Positions 1 to 13,600 of a stretch of 64,000 nt of DNA are shown here, piece by piece (positions within the stretch are counted from its first letter, which is position 1; every line of letters starts with the position of its first letter). The notes below the pieces were generated by a model. It made no database searches and had not been told where the DNA came from. It saw only the letters and a program-made list of their open reading frames with translations. The DNA is from Mytilus edulis (lineage: Eukaryota): assembly GCF_963676685.1 (NCBI RefSeq), contig NC_092353.1, forward strand, positions 24,552,001-24,616,000, written 5' to 3'. The translations under genes were made by a program, and so were the position numbers.

Positions 1-361
1 ACGAATGATTTTACATTTTTATGAGCATCGAATTAGTAATCAAAGGATTTACCGTAGTTTCACTTTCATTGTTGACATTCTTTTTCTTTAAGTATCCAGT
101 ACACGTACAATGCATGCGTTGTCAATCTCTAGCTAGGGGTTAAATTGAAGTTCACATGAATACGGATTTAAAAGGTCGACTCATTCACTTGCAAGTGAAT
201 AACTATAACTAATTATCAATGTTTCTTAGCGTAATTTACCAAAATTAAACCTTTTTGGCTACAAAAAGCGAATTGTTATTTCACTATTTCACTTTCATTA
301 TTGATTGAACAGAAAACAATCAAACTTTAGATTTTTTATATATCTCGTAGCTAATGCCCCT
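1..361 (-). mobile_element. Partial TTAA-flanked non-autonomous DNA transposon (Kolobok-like MITE) end, truncated by the window edge
   Basis: Ends ...atctcgtagctaatgcccct followed by TTAA (362-365). Its reverse complement aligns with the left ~120 bp of the copy at 37186-37815. Confidence 0.6.
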
Positions 362-1239
362 TTAAAAGATAGAGGTCATTCTTCATTGTAACCTAGTATG
401 TTTCACACACAGTACACTGTAATCGGTGTACACTGAAATCAGAATAACTTACAAAGGCAAGTAAATTAACAACTTTATATACATCTATAAAACATACATG
501 TACATAAAAACTATAAGTGTGACATGTATCGGTAACTGGCGACCATGTGTATGCATCTTTATAGACCGGTAGGTATACACGTACTAATATGACTTCATTA
601 CCCACGTTCTTCTTGTAACAAATAAAATTATATTTAAAATAATATTTGAACCTTGAAACTAATGAATATTTTTAAAATCGAAAGACATATTTTTCAGTTG
701 TTCATATTTAAAAAAAAAAAAGCAAAACGATAGTATCACTGTTGGTAGAATAAGATTTATGAGACGAATTTCAATGTGTGTTTCGTGACAACCCGAGTGT
801 ACCTTAAAATGCATATGCTGATGCAAAGTCAAAGCCTTTGCAGTTGCTTTCTCTTGTAAAATTTTCAAATAAATATTTATAAATCTAGATATATTTGTCT
901 TTGGTGGCATTTAATGTTGATGATAGTTTCCTAAGAATATCTATCTTCACCCAAAATATTTAGACTGATAGATATTGTTAAGGCCCCTTTTAGTTGTTTT
1001 TACTATACTATCTTGGCCTCCAGAAACTTTTTCTTTTTTTTTTCTGGTTCGTGCTTAATATAAGTGAAATTGAGGTCTGGAACTGGCATATCAGTAATTC
1101 CTTAAAGTCTTTTGTTGAATTATGGTCACCATTGTCATTTTGGTTAGCTTCTTCTGTTACCTTATCTAACATTGGAATCGGACTTCTTTTATTGTGTTTT
1201 ACTGTGCGTATTGCTGTGTATTACATTTCATTCCACATC

Positions 1240-1402
1240 ACAGATATATACATTTTTAGGGGGCCAGCTAAAGCGCGCCTCCGGGTGCAGGATTTTCTCG
1301 CAGTGTTGAAGACCTATTGGTGGCCTTCGGCTGTTTTCTGCTATTTGGTAGGGTTGTTGTCTCTTTGACACACTCACCGTTTTCATTCCATTCTTAATTT
1401 TA
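1240..1402 (+). repeat. Short 3'-end copy of PLE family B
   Basis: Reverse complement of the aaaattgagaatggaaatggggaatgtgtcaaagagacaacaaccc repeat. The long copy at 25878-26911 links this repeat to PLE RT coding sequence. Confidence 0.6.
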
Positions 1403-4400
1403 TACTCAACATCTGCTATATCCTAATGATTTAATCTTAAAATATACAGTCTCAAGGAAGTTAAACATTTTTTGTTTACAATGTATCACAGGAAATTATC
1501 TTTTAACAAATAAATAACACGTTGAACGTTTAAGTAGAGTGTAATATTTGAATTAAATTTTGAAAGAACCGAGAAAAAAACCTCTTTTAAAAATAAATAA
1601 AATCCAGTACTGATTGGCGAAGGACTAGCATCGAGTCTAGATAAGCTGTGAATAAAACTCAGCTGACTTTTTATTATCAGCATTAAAGGGGATAAAAAAA
1701 AGTGTGGTATTCAGCCGAGAACCAGCTTAACGGTGGTCAAGTATTGCAATTGGTTAGTGAAAGCTCTGGTATAGAGTCGTTATACCAGAACGTTCAATAG
1801 ACCACGTGTGTTTTTATTAAACGAATCTAATAGACTTGTCTTGCGCCTTTTGTGATTTCTCATAAAATACTCCATATTTTCTTTATTTCATTACACAGTA
1901 TTATTGAGAAAGTTGAATCACTTTGACAGACATAGTATTTTTCTTCGAATTTGTCCCGCGTTTTGAAAATACAGTTAATGTTTTCACTTAATTACATTTA
2001 CGATCCGATCTCAATGCTTGGCTATACCGTTAGGTATTCTTTCACGATTATTTTTCTCTATATACCGAATAACAGCCGTAAATCTGACAATTAATTTGTG
2101 ATTAAAATGTTTAATTTTTTTTTTTACATTATCGGAAAACATATAATTCATTTGTACCTATTTCAAGCTTGATATATACTTTTGTTGATATTAATTTTTT
2201 TCGTCAATAAAATATGTTACAGCTCGGAAATTGAGCGTAAGTATGTATTGTATATTTAACCACTACATTTTAATAAATATAAATATTGGTCATGTGTTCG
2301 ATAAAACGTGAACTCTACTTGAAAATATATATTCTGTTCTAGAAAAAAATATAATATAAAATCAATTTCTGCTCAAAATTTACTTAGGAATCAAATTCGC
2401 GTATTTTCGTAACTAAAAATTTGTGTCAAACGTTAACAAATATTATGTTCATTTATTTGTGAATCTTAAATTCGTATACACAATGTATTTATCAAAAGGA
2501 TTTTATTCAGGATATTTTAGAATAAAAGCATTTTAAAGGTCTGGTGCATTGTATAACCAAAGATGTAAGAACAGGGTTTAGGGTTTATACATCTATCATG
2601 ATTCAAATTTTGTTACAGAAAATAATATACGCTTGCATATATATATATAAGAATTATAGCTTTCTATTAAAAATACTAATTACAGCACCTTTTGTATGAT
2701 TTTTTCCAACTTCAGTTCCATGATACCTTACTAAAAATGAAGTCTGTAATTTACATTTCACATCAATTATCTCCAACAAAATGCATGTCAGAAGTGTATG
2801 CAGTCACAATAGAAATAAAACCGATATAACAAAATCTTAACCAGGCCCTTATTTTATTCTGAGCCACGGTACTATACTTTATTTTTGAGACCGATAAAAC
2901 CATTTAATGATTCCTCAATTAATACAATTTTTCCCGGTAAGTTTAAAATTCTTTATAGAGTCAATGGTTGAAAGTTGAATATCTTGTCCCATCAAATTAT
3001 CATATATTGTTCAGATCGATCCCGCCTGGTTGACTCACACAGTTTTAATCGCATGATTCGGTTGCCATGTAAATACATTATTAATTAATCTCTCTTCTGC
3101 ACATGCGTTCTATTGTGTAGTACACTAACACTACTGTTTGATCTATTTGCGCTACTTTGTAAGTATTTGTAACATTATAGTATATATATACTTTGTTTTG
3201 CATCTTTTCAAACCATTGAACGCTATTTGAACGGGGAAATCTTACTTCAGTCTGACAGATTTATATTTAGAAAAGCACATGTTCCAGCGTGATAGCATTG
3301 TGTATCGTATCATGATTCATGGTATATGCAATTGCTAATGTTTTCTTTTTATTTGCAAATTCTAATTTCGAAAGTTCAGATCTACCTGACCATGCACATG
3401 ATGCAGTTTACGAGTTTATAAACGGAAGCTTAACTGCATTACTCTAGAGGCATAACCATTCATTTCTGCGTTGGATACAACACGAGATTGTTAAACCTAT
3501 TAGCTGTGTCTCATATTTATACCAATATTAAGTCTTAAATAAGGTTGATGTTATTTTATAAGGATATATATGTCATGTATGTTGATGATTTAGGTTAGAA
3601 CTAGTCTTACAGCAATTTGATTTTATGTTATGTAAAAGCTTGATAAATACAGGATATCCAGACATTGCCAGATACAGTCAATGAAATCTAGGTGTATTTA
3701 AAATACTAAATGTTTCCGGATATGAATGTGAAACCATGTGTATTTCTTCAGCTATCTTTTGATTTATTTATCTATACAAAGTACACACCACTGAGTCTAT
3801 TTTCGTCGTACAGTCACTACAAGTTATAAATGAAATTAGAAATCACATTTATGTTGATGATGCTGAATAATAAAATTGAGAACGGAAATGGGGGGATGTG
3901 TCAAAGAGACACCATCCCTCACAAAAACCCGACAACAAAGTAGAAAGACATTAGTAGCCACTAGATCAGAATATACAAGTCTTATCAATTTCTAAAAGCA
4001 ATCTTCATCCCCGGGTCTTCATCTTACTATGTTAATTAGCGGCCTGCCACTGACTGTACTATCAGTGTAAATCTAGAAAATACTGCGGACGCATATAATA
4101 ACACCTGTGTACAAAATTAATGATATTGTCAATTTTATGGCAAATCTAATTTGTCATTTCTGTATAAATATGTGCATGTATCTCTTTTGTATAATTATGT
4201 TTTTGCTGTTGAAAAATGTAGTTATGTAAAATCCTTAAAAAAAAATAAACACATTTGTCAGGTAGTTAAATACAAAAATAAAATACTAGGGTCATCACAT
4301 AAAATTTAATGCTTTTGAATAACTTTAAGGAAAGAAAACGAGAAAATGAACAATTATGATTCAATATAATTATATGAATTTCTTGAATATTTTTAGAATA

Positions 4401-4733
4401 AATTATTCTTATAGAATAGCGTTTTTGGTATTAATTGTTTTGTTTTATATACATAGTTACATAAACGGTAATTTATGTCGTCTTATTGAGAATAATGATT
4501 TTGAAAACGTCACATTTCAAATCATCGAGAAAAATCAAAATTGGGATACACAAGGAAGACAAAAGAGAGAGAGATTTTGGATGCACCAGTTACGAACTCT
4601 TGGACCTGATGGACTCAATGAGAGAGACGAAAAAAGATTTAAAAGCAAATCAAAACCATAATTATCTTGAAATTATACAAATTAATTTATAGAAATTCAT
4701 ACAATTAATCGAAAATCTATAAATGTGTTTTAA

Positions 4734-5367
4734 AGGTAGCACTCCACAGTTAGAAAATAAAATTAAAAATGAGCCACAAAATGTTTTATCATCTCCTATT
4801 GCTGGATTAACCTAACTGTTTGTGTTGTACATGTGCATATGTATGTAATCAGTATCCTCCATAGATTTGATTTTCAAAAGTTAAAAGGGTGAAAATTAAT
4901 TCCTTTTATGCGTATTTATGGCAACATTCTGCATTTATTTACCATAAAATATTGCAAAAAGGGGGGGTGAACATGTCACATATCCCCCCAAAACTTGGAT
5001 CAAACTAGAATTTCAATGCCTTTGAGTGATACCTTTTTAGAAACTGTTTTCATAAATCTTCATAATGATCAAATAAAAAATGGGTGTCTTTCGCCTCATT
5101 TTTTCGTAAAATCCAATCACAAAGTTCGTGCGATAAGAAGTTGGAAAAAACCGAAAAAAAACCATTACAATAATTGCCGGACCAATGTATGGTAGGGACA
5201 TGCAAATACGGACTGTCATACAGAAAACAGCCTATATTACATACATTAAATAACCTTGATGTTCATATAAACCCAATACAAAGGCTATTTTAATACTCAG
5301 CTATCCAAAAATGAATTTTATTGCACACTAGCTCTCATATTTGAAAAATCCAACTATGGAGTGCTAT
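4734..5367. mobile_element. TTAA-flanked MITE (Kolobok-like) inserted in the PLE remnant
   Basis: Imperfect TIR aggtagcactccacagttag / caactatggagtgctat, with TTAA on both sides (4730-4733, 5368-5371). Confidence 0.55.
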
Positions 5368-5526
5368 TTAAACTTTTATTCCAACATTATGTAGTTGTAG
5401 CTACAAACATATTTTATGCAACATCAATCAATATGTTACTCTTCCACAAATCTTGTATAGATTAAGCTACAAAAATATTTTTTTGTCATGCATCCGATTT
5501 CACCTTGAAAGATGCACACGCCTGAT

Positions 5527-5570
5527 CATGCTGATGAAGCTAATTTGTTTAGCGAAATATTGCGTATTTC
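5527..5570 (+). ncRNA. Minimal PLE-type hammerhead ribozyme motif
   Basis: CTGATGA (5531-5537), A, stem II GCTAA-tttgt-TTAGC, GAAA (5554-5557), short stem III aata-ttgcg-tatt. Stem I is weak. Confidence 0.6.
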
Positions 5571-5742
5571 TATTTAAGATCTAATAGAACTTTTTAATGT
5601 TTTAACTAGTGTGTTTGAGTTATATTCTTAGACATTTATATAATTTTAATTCAGTAACTGTATCAGTTTATTTTCACAAACTGATCCACGCTTAAATAGA
5701 TTGAATGTTGATTGTTGCTATTTTTAGACATTACATAAACGG

Positions 5743-5746
<4 letters not shown>

Positions 5747-5776
<30 letters not shown>
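5747..5776. repeat. (TA)n microsatellite
   Basis: About 14 TA units visible. Confidence 0.9.
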
Positions 5777-5781
<5 letters not shown>

Positions 5782-6110
5782 ATTGGTGTTCAATGTCCAG
5801 TGACAAGTATTACATGCATATCAGGACGGGATATGTCCATGTGATATGACTGGAACCCAGCTTCGTACGGACTATACCTCTGAAAGTGACTTTTATCGAG
5901 CTACATGTAGTTCATAATGTAACAGTCAACAAGAATACATGTCATAATACCAAGAGACACAATGACTTATACGACACGGCGTCATTGCTTTTATTCCAAT
6001 ATGCTGCGTACGCGGAAAAAACAGTAACTACTTATTTAAAAGTGCTTTAAATGGTTTGACTTGGCCATCTGCATTTAAAGTATATACGCTACCTCGAAAC
6101 AACTGGAAGC
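5777..6110 (-). mobile_element. Degenerate SINE with (AATC)n-type tail
   Basis: Reverse-complement tail atgcatgtaatacttgtcactggacattgaacaccaatccatc resembles the tail of the SINE at 57013-57441. Confidence 0.4.
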
Positions 6111-6192
6111 CTTGGTGGTATAAAAAGTCGAACTACTGTATTACTAACTATAAACTGTCAACGCTGATAATATTAGTCAAATCGCACATGTG

Positions 6193-6363
6193 CAGTGGCG
6201 GGTCCGGGGGGGGGGGGGGGGGGTCCTGGGGTTGGAACCCGCATTTTGTTTGGACGATCAATGCATTTGAATGGGGACATGTAGTTGGAACACCCCCTAA
6301 CCCCTTTTGTCCTTGGTTAGGAACACACACACCTTTTTTTGTAAATGGCTGGATCCGCCCCTG
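6193..6363. mobile_element. GC-rich MITE with 6-bp TSD (hAT6-like)
   Basis: Termini cagtggcgggtcc / ggatccgcccctg, with catgtg duplicated at 6187-6192 and 6364-6369. Confidence 0.7.
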
Positions 6364-7092
6364 CATGTGGTAGGTCGTTTATTACAATACATACATCTTT
6401 TATTGAGAAGGATTTTCAGTTTTCCTACCAAAGGTCGGAGGTTTTCTTTTGGGCACTGCCTCCTGGCATCTATCTTATCATCTTCACATGATCAAATCGG
6501 ATAATTCTATTTGAAAAATAAATCTATATCCCTATCGAAATGACAAGGTAAAAGTACTGGAAAAGCAAAATATTAAAATTCAGCCCAAACTAAAATGAAA
6601 AACAATGACAAGATAACAATACACGAAATAACAACACAGAAAATGAAGACTGGGCATGTAGAACACGATGATTTAGCCTTTTTGTAGGGGAGAGTAGGGT
6701 AAGTGGACATGTAGGGTAATAGTCTAAATAATTTGACGTCTCAGAAGGCTATTTTAAATTTTTGCTTTGACCCTTTTCTACGTCGATGTAAGGCATCAAA
6801 GAAAAAAAAAACATAATAGCCTTTCAAGAAGTCATAATTATTTGGACTCGTGGGGTAAGTGGTCACCGCTTTAGTTATTTCCGGCGGCCGTCTTACTGCG
6901 AGTTGTCTCCCGTCGGACACGTAGATGAGAAAAACAACGGGCAAAGACAAAGCAAAGTTAACAGGTAAATTGAAGGTCATATCAATGCATCGTTATAAAA
7001 AAAAATACACAACTAGCTGAATGAAAACATCCTGGAGTGCTTCTGGAATATGGCGGCGTACATGTCGTATACCCGCCAAATATGTACGTTTC

Positions 7093-7241
7093 CATAGGCG
7101 GATGCAGAGAGCCAGGAGGCCCGGGTGCCTCCCCCTTTTGTGGGAAATTGTTTGTTGATTATATCTAGGGAATCACTGAAGCATGACTGAAGCTGGCCCC
7201 TTAGGTCAGTCAACTTATAAAAAGTTCTGGTTCCGCTGCTG
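7093..7241. mobile_element. GC-rich MITE with 5-bp TSD (hAT5-like)
   Basis: Termini cataggcggatgcag / ctggttccgctgctg, with gtttc duplicated at 7088-7092 and 7242-7246. Confidence 0.6.
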
Positions 7242-7696
7242 GTTTCTCAAAAATTAATTTGTAATAATAATATGCCTAGACATTAGGCTATATTACGGTT
7301 AACCCGGAGAAGCTACTCTACCCTTGGGATATGATATTTATGGTTATGTTGAATCTTTCGTGAATACACGTTCGAATATTATAAGTTTTCCTATTTGATT
7401 AAAATATAATATAAAGCTGAAGTAGGTATTATTACAGAAAAGTTTTACTTATTATTACCTTTTAGATTTCATCTATTCATATATATATGCAATGTCACAA
7501 TTGTCAAACTTGTATACGTATACAAGTATAGGATTGATAGTAATACACTTTTAACAGGAAATGGTTTTAAACTTTATCTCATTTCAGATTAATTTCAAAA
7601 GACTTCTGATAAAATTTGATTTATTTGTGTAAATATTGATTTTGATATGATTACAGTAAACGGAACAAATACCCTGGCGAAAGGTCTCAAAGAATC

Positions 7697-10600
7697 ATGC
7701 ATTTTGACGATTTACTTAAAATCCTTGGAGAATTTGGACGATACCAACAGATTCGTCTGTTTTTGATATGTTTGGTAGCTATAGTATGTGCATTCCATGC
7801 TATGAATATGGTATTTGTTGGCGCCAAACCAGACTACAAGTGTCATGTTCCAAGTGTGAACGTTTCCGATCCGATTTTTGGCAATACAACAGAAAAAGAT
7901 TTTCAAGACTTTCTTCAGAGCGCTGGAAAATGTGAGATATATGACGCGAGAGAGGCGTCAAAACTTATATTATCTGGAAATTATACATTAGATGGGATCA
8001 AAGGAAATAATGGCACAGTATCAAAGAGTAAATGTACAGAATGGGATTATTCAAGAGAGGTTTACGGACCAACCATTGTTACACAGGTTTGTTTAAATTA
8101 GGACGTTAGTTTTCTCGTTTGAATTGTTTTACATTTATGATTTCGGGGCCTTTTATGGTTGACTTTGCGGTATGGGTTTTGCTCATTGTTGAAGGCCATA
8201 CGGTAGTTGTTAATTTCTGTGTCATTTGGGATCGTCTTGTGGAGAGTTGTCTCATTGGCAATCATACCGCATCTTCTTTTTTATGTTATGTATATAAATA
8301 TGTGTTATATTGAAGACAACTACATCTATGATCACTTATTTGCATTCATATATCATGTATATGGTTTTTATCGATATATATGATCCATTGCTTGTTCAAA
8401 GATTTTCCAACATCGTGTAAAAATTGTAATTTTTATTTGACAAAATTGTCTTCAACAGCATAGACGATTATAGCTTAATTGGAATAGCATTTTCGTTTAG
8501 TTTAAACATATTTTATTTGTTCAAGTACAAATTGGATAAGACACAAGTCAAACAGACTTATGAAGTCTTGGATCGTTACGAGTAACGATACATGTACACA
8601 ATAAATAAATTATATAAACGCCTAAAAAGTGTACACAGCAACTCCAAATACAAAAAAAGGTAACTATAAATGTAATTATTTATAAATATTTCGGATAACA
8701 GATATCCTTCATCATAGATTAATATATATATATATGGATTTATGTCAAAAGACAGAAAAGTGAAGAGAGATAGAAAACAATGATAAGTGTAATATTATAT
8801 TATTCACTCTTTCTTCTTACTTAAATGCTGCCAATACTCCTAGGATAACATCTCCTATGTTTATTTTCTCTACCCTGTTTTCTTTTTCTTTATACCTTTC
8901 ATTTGATTTAGTATTACAAAAGCCTTGATGATTAAGTTTTTTCACCTGTTTACTTGGATTGTTAAGTAAAAAAAAGACCTGAAATTAAATGATATTGATG
9001 AGACACAAGTAATTCTATATATGTCACTTATCTAATATTTATGTATTGAGTTGACTTATAGAAGATTTTATCTATAGGTAACATATGTTATCAAATAAAA
9101 GACGATATCTTAGTATAGATTTGCGTTCAATACGGTACCCATTTCAATTGTACTATTGATCGTCGTTAACTTTAACAAAAATCTTCTCCTCTGAAACAAC
9201 TGACACACATTTTATTAACTTGGCCACATTCATCATTAGGGTATCTAGTTTAAAAAATGTGTCCGAATCCCGATGACCCTGCTAGCCAACCATTATGGCC
9301 GACATGGCTAAAAATAGAACATAGGGTTAAACCGTAGTTTTTGATCTCTTTTCTCTGAAGCTGGAGCATTTTAGAGCAAATCTGATATCGGTTAAAAATG
9401 TTTATCAGATTTAGATCGATCTGCACTGAAATTTTCATATAAATCAGTCAACCCTTTGTTGGATTGCTGCCTCCGAATTGGTAATTTTAAGAAAATTTTG
9501 AAGTTTTTGTTTTTATCTTTATCTTATTATACATCATTATAGACATATATAAACTGTAAACAGCAATAATGTTCAGCAAAGTAAGACCTACAAAGAATTC
9601 ACATATCTTGGTGTATTATTTTCTAGAACAGGAAGTTTCACAAAAGCAAACAAGGTACAAGCTGATAAAGCAACAAGGGCTATGTACGATATTCTAAAAA
9701 AGGGGAGATTACATAATTTAGATATTAAAAGTCAGCTAGAATTATTTGATAAAGTAGTTAAGGCTATATTATTATACGGGTGGGAACACTGGGGGATGGG
9801 TAACACATCTGTTATAGAACGTGTTCATCTAAAATTTTGTAAATTACTGCTTAGTCTTAAAAAGTCCACGCCTGATTTTATGATATATGGGAAACTTGAC
9901 CGATTCCCACTGGATATTTTTTTTTTATTAAATTACGTACTATTAATTATTGGGAAAAGCTTGTAACTGGAGAAGATAAGAAACTTCCTGTTATATTCTA
10001 TACAATTTTGTTACTGGTGGTTATAATGGAAATTTAGCTTGGTTTAAGAATGTAATATCTGTGCTTGATAATTGTGGACTATCAAATATATGGAACGCTA
10101 AATATTTTATAAGTAAAAACTGGTTGCATGATACTGTTAAATTAAGATTAACTGACCAGTTCAGACAGACATGGTATGCTACTGTATAGAATTCTCCAAA
10201 AGCTCTAAATTATAAATAATTATAATTCTAAAGTAGTATAAATTTCGAAACTTACTTTCATATTTTAGATGACAAAAACATTGCTTCTTTTTGTAGATTT
10301 AGAACTTTGAACACAAAAATTCCTATCGAAATTGGTAGATGGCAAAACATTCAGAGAGAAAATCGTATTTGTACTTTGTGCTATAACGATGATATTGGCG
10401 ACGAGTTCCATAACATTTTAGAATGCTCGGCAATGGACGATAGTAGACCATTGCTACTTAAGAAACATTTTATAAACAGACCAAATATTTTAAAATTTCA
10501 AGGTCTCATGAATAGAAGCAACCCGTCTGAACTAAACAATCTGAGCAAGTTTATAAAAATTATTATTAAATGCCTAGAATCTCCTGGTTAATTACTTTAT

Positions 10601-13600
10601 GTCTCTATTTTACATTTGTATTTAAAATTTATACTGTGTTAATTTATTTGTATATATATGTCTCTGTACCATTGTACTTTGGTTTAAGAGAATAAAGATA
10701 TATATATACAAATAAGTCAACATGACCAAAATCGTTAATTGATCCCTTAAGGAGTTATTGCCCTTTGAAGTAAATTTTTAACAATTTTACGTAAATTTTT
10801 GTAATCTTACAAAGATCTTCTCCTCTGAAACTATTCAAATTTTACCATACTTGGCCACAATCATCATCATGATCATAGGGTATCTAGTTTAAAAAATGTG
10901 TCCGATGACTACCGCCTTCTAACCAACATGGCCGCCATGAATACAAATATAACATAGGGATAAAATACTGTAACAGTTTTGGGCTTATATCTCTGAAAAT
11001 AAAGCGCTAAGTGCAAATGTGACTTTGGGTAAAATGTTAATTAGGCTTAGATCTATCTGTCCATTAAATATTTAGACAAAATACAACCCCTTGTTGGGTT
11101 GTTGCCCTGAATTGGTAGTTTTAAGGAGTAACTGCCCTATATATTCATTTTCTGCAATTTTTTGGTAATCTTTGTTATCTTTTTTCAAAAATATTCCGCT
11201 TTAAATTAAACAATTGGACCAAATTAAACCAAACATGATTTCGAAAACTACAGTAGATACAGGCGAGAACCTCCAGTTTTAATTTTCAAGCAATTAACAA
11301 TACGTAACTTTACTTGACATTCAAACACAGATGCATTGCAGAACCGATGATTCTTTTCTATTCTTTTTTGATTAATTACTATTGCTCATGGTTTTTAAAC
11401 TGAACTATAATGTTCTCAAGTCTTTAGGTATATATTCGAATTCCGTATGGTAAACAGTTATTATCCGGACATGCTCGACCTTGAGTCAGTTGCACCTGAC
11501 AGATACTTGGTACAAAACATTTGAATATGCTCTATATTTTCAGTTTGACTTGGTGTGTGACAAAGACTGGTTGCGTAGTACATCTAAGACGCTGTATTTC
11601 TTTGGTCGCTTAGTTGGGGCTGTAGTTTTTGGGCAGTTGTCAGACATGTAAGAATACATTTTAATCGCTTAAACGTCTGCTCTGTGCTTTAATTATTAAG
11701 CTTTAATATTATACAGAGCCACAAACACACACACATGCAAAAAAAGAGGGAATAGTTTTATATCTGATGATTTTGCACTACACAAATTGTCTACATGTAT
11801 GCACAAATAGAGGTGTAATGTTAAAGTGAATGAGGCAACAATCCAACGACAAAATTAACAAAAAGACATATAGCGATGACTATTTATATAAAAGCGTTAA
11901 ATAAAGCTCATTTTTATTTTTTGTATGTGTATGTTTTATATACTAATTCAACCTTTTTAATATAAAAATGTGTACACGTTTTGACGAAATCTTTTTAAAA
12001 CCTATGTTGACAAAAAACTGGAAAGTTTGTTTATAACACCAAACATATAAATCATTGTTAAACAAAATAAATGTGCGTAAACATCTTGTCTTTTCTTGAA
12101 ATATTATTTCAGATTGGGTAGGAAACCAACATTATTTACATGCCTTTTGATGCTATTGATAGTTGGAAGTGTAGCCGCAGCAGCACCGAATTTCTATGTA
12201 TTCATTCCGTTTTACATTTTACAAGGTGCAGCACAGACAGGATTGTTTCTGGTGACGTTCACACTAGGTAATTGTGTATAAGCAATAGCAAATATATATA
12301 GTTTTGTTTAATTTCTAATTATTCACGAGAAAGTTGTGTTCATTAATCCTCATTGCAAATTCGCATTAAATTTATCTATTATACATCTACCATGAGTTCA
12401 TACAGCTTCAATAATGAGTTGAGAATTTGAAGGCATCTATGCAAAAGATATGACAGATAAAATAAATGCATCCAAGTTATAAAGCAAACTGAGTGGTTAA
12501 ATTTATATTGCTATTGGTTTGTGCAATTTGCATAAGACATCTTGTTTTCAGAAACTGGGATTTGTAAAAGGGTTATGAAAAAATTATGTATATTCCAAGG
12601 TAATGAATAAAATAGCCGAGTTTTAAAATGTATATTCCAAGAGTAGCTGTATTATACACTTTTATAATCACAACTATCCAGCATTGCTTTCAACTGACTT
12701 GTGCAAGAATGTACATCCAATCACATAGTTTTAATAAAGGTGATTTAACATCATCATTATCTTCTTATATTCACAGTCAATTATTTCAGTTCAAAAGCAA
12801 ACACCAATTCAGCAACTCTCTTTCGGTGACCAGCGATCTTAGGTTCACGTATTTCTTTTCTTTTATTTTTAAAAAGAAAGCTACTTGTTTTGTATAATGA
12901 TTAGTAAGGGAACATGCAATTTGTGCATTACCAGTAATGATATCGGTGTTCATCCCCCCAATGAATAATAAAATAAAATAAATGGGTCATAGGACATTAT
13001 GGGTTTTCTTTCATGCTTTTCTTTTTTTTTTTAAATCGGTTGCAGTAATTGATTCATGACTTGAATGGAAGCTACGGTATTTTTGTGTAAACTTTTTATT
13101 ATCGAATATGTTTTTACAGGTACTGAGCTAGTTGGTCCATCCTACCGTCTAGTAGCTGGATTCCTGGTCCAGTCTTTTTACAGTATTGGTTATATGACCT
13201 TGTCTGTCCTTGCATATGGAATCAGAGACTGGAGATATATTGAATTGGCCATTACACTTCCGGTTGTGTTATTTGTCCCTTATATTTGGTAAATACTTGT
13301 ATGAAGCAGATTAAGTGTATTTTGCTTTAAGTTTGTTATCTCTTTGGACAAATTGTCTATATTTAGAGATATCAGGTAGCGTTTTGATAACAGTTGTGTG
13401 TTTGATTGTTCGCTTTGTCTTTCTGTTGGCCATTGTGTTGTTTGTCTTTCTACCATTTGTGGTTTTTAATTCCCCCTTTGGTATTTCCTAAAGATTTATA
13501 TTCCACTGTCATACAATATTTCCAATAAGAATATTACAAGTATTTCGAGTTAACTCATCATTCGCGGTTTTCTTTATCTTTTCCTAAATGTAATCTGAAT

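Larger units (their letters stand above)
4457..5750 (+). mobile_element. Penelope/Neptune-type PLE remnant: C-terminal GIY-YIG end, 3' region with hammerhead motif, terminal duplication
   Basis: ORF 4356-4661 ends ...FQIIEK...RQKRERFWMHQLRTLGPDGLNER, the RE-FW...L-T..P.GLN signature of the PLE GIY-YIG C-terminus. A 19/20 direct repeat ttacataaacggt(a/t)atttat lies at 4457-4476 and 5731-5750. The right end abuts a (TA)n microsatellite. Confidence 0.7.

Noticed and set aside
6056-6504. Overlapping Gly/Pro-rich ORFs
   Set aside because: Artefacts of the poly-G tract within the MITE at 6193-6363.
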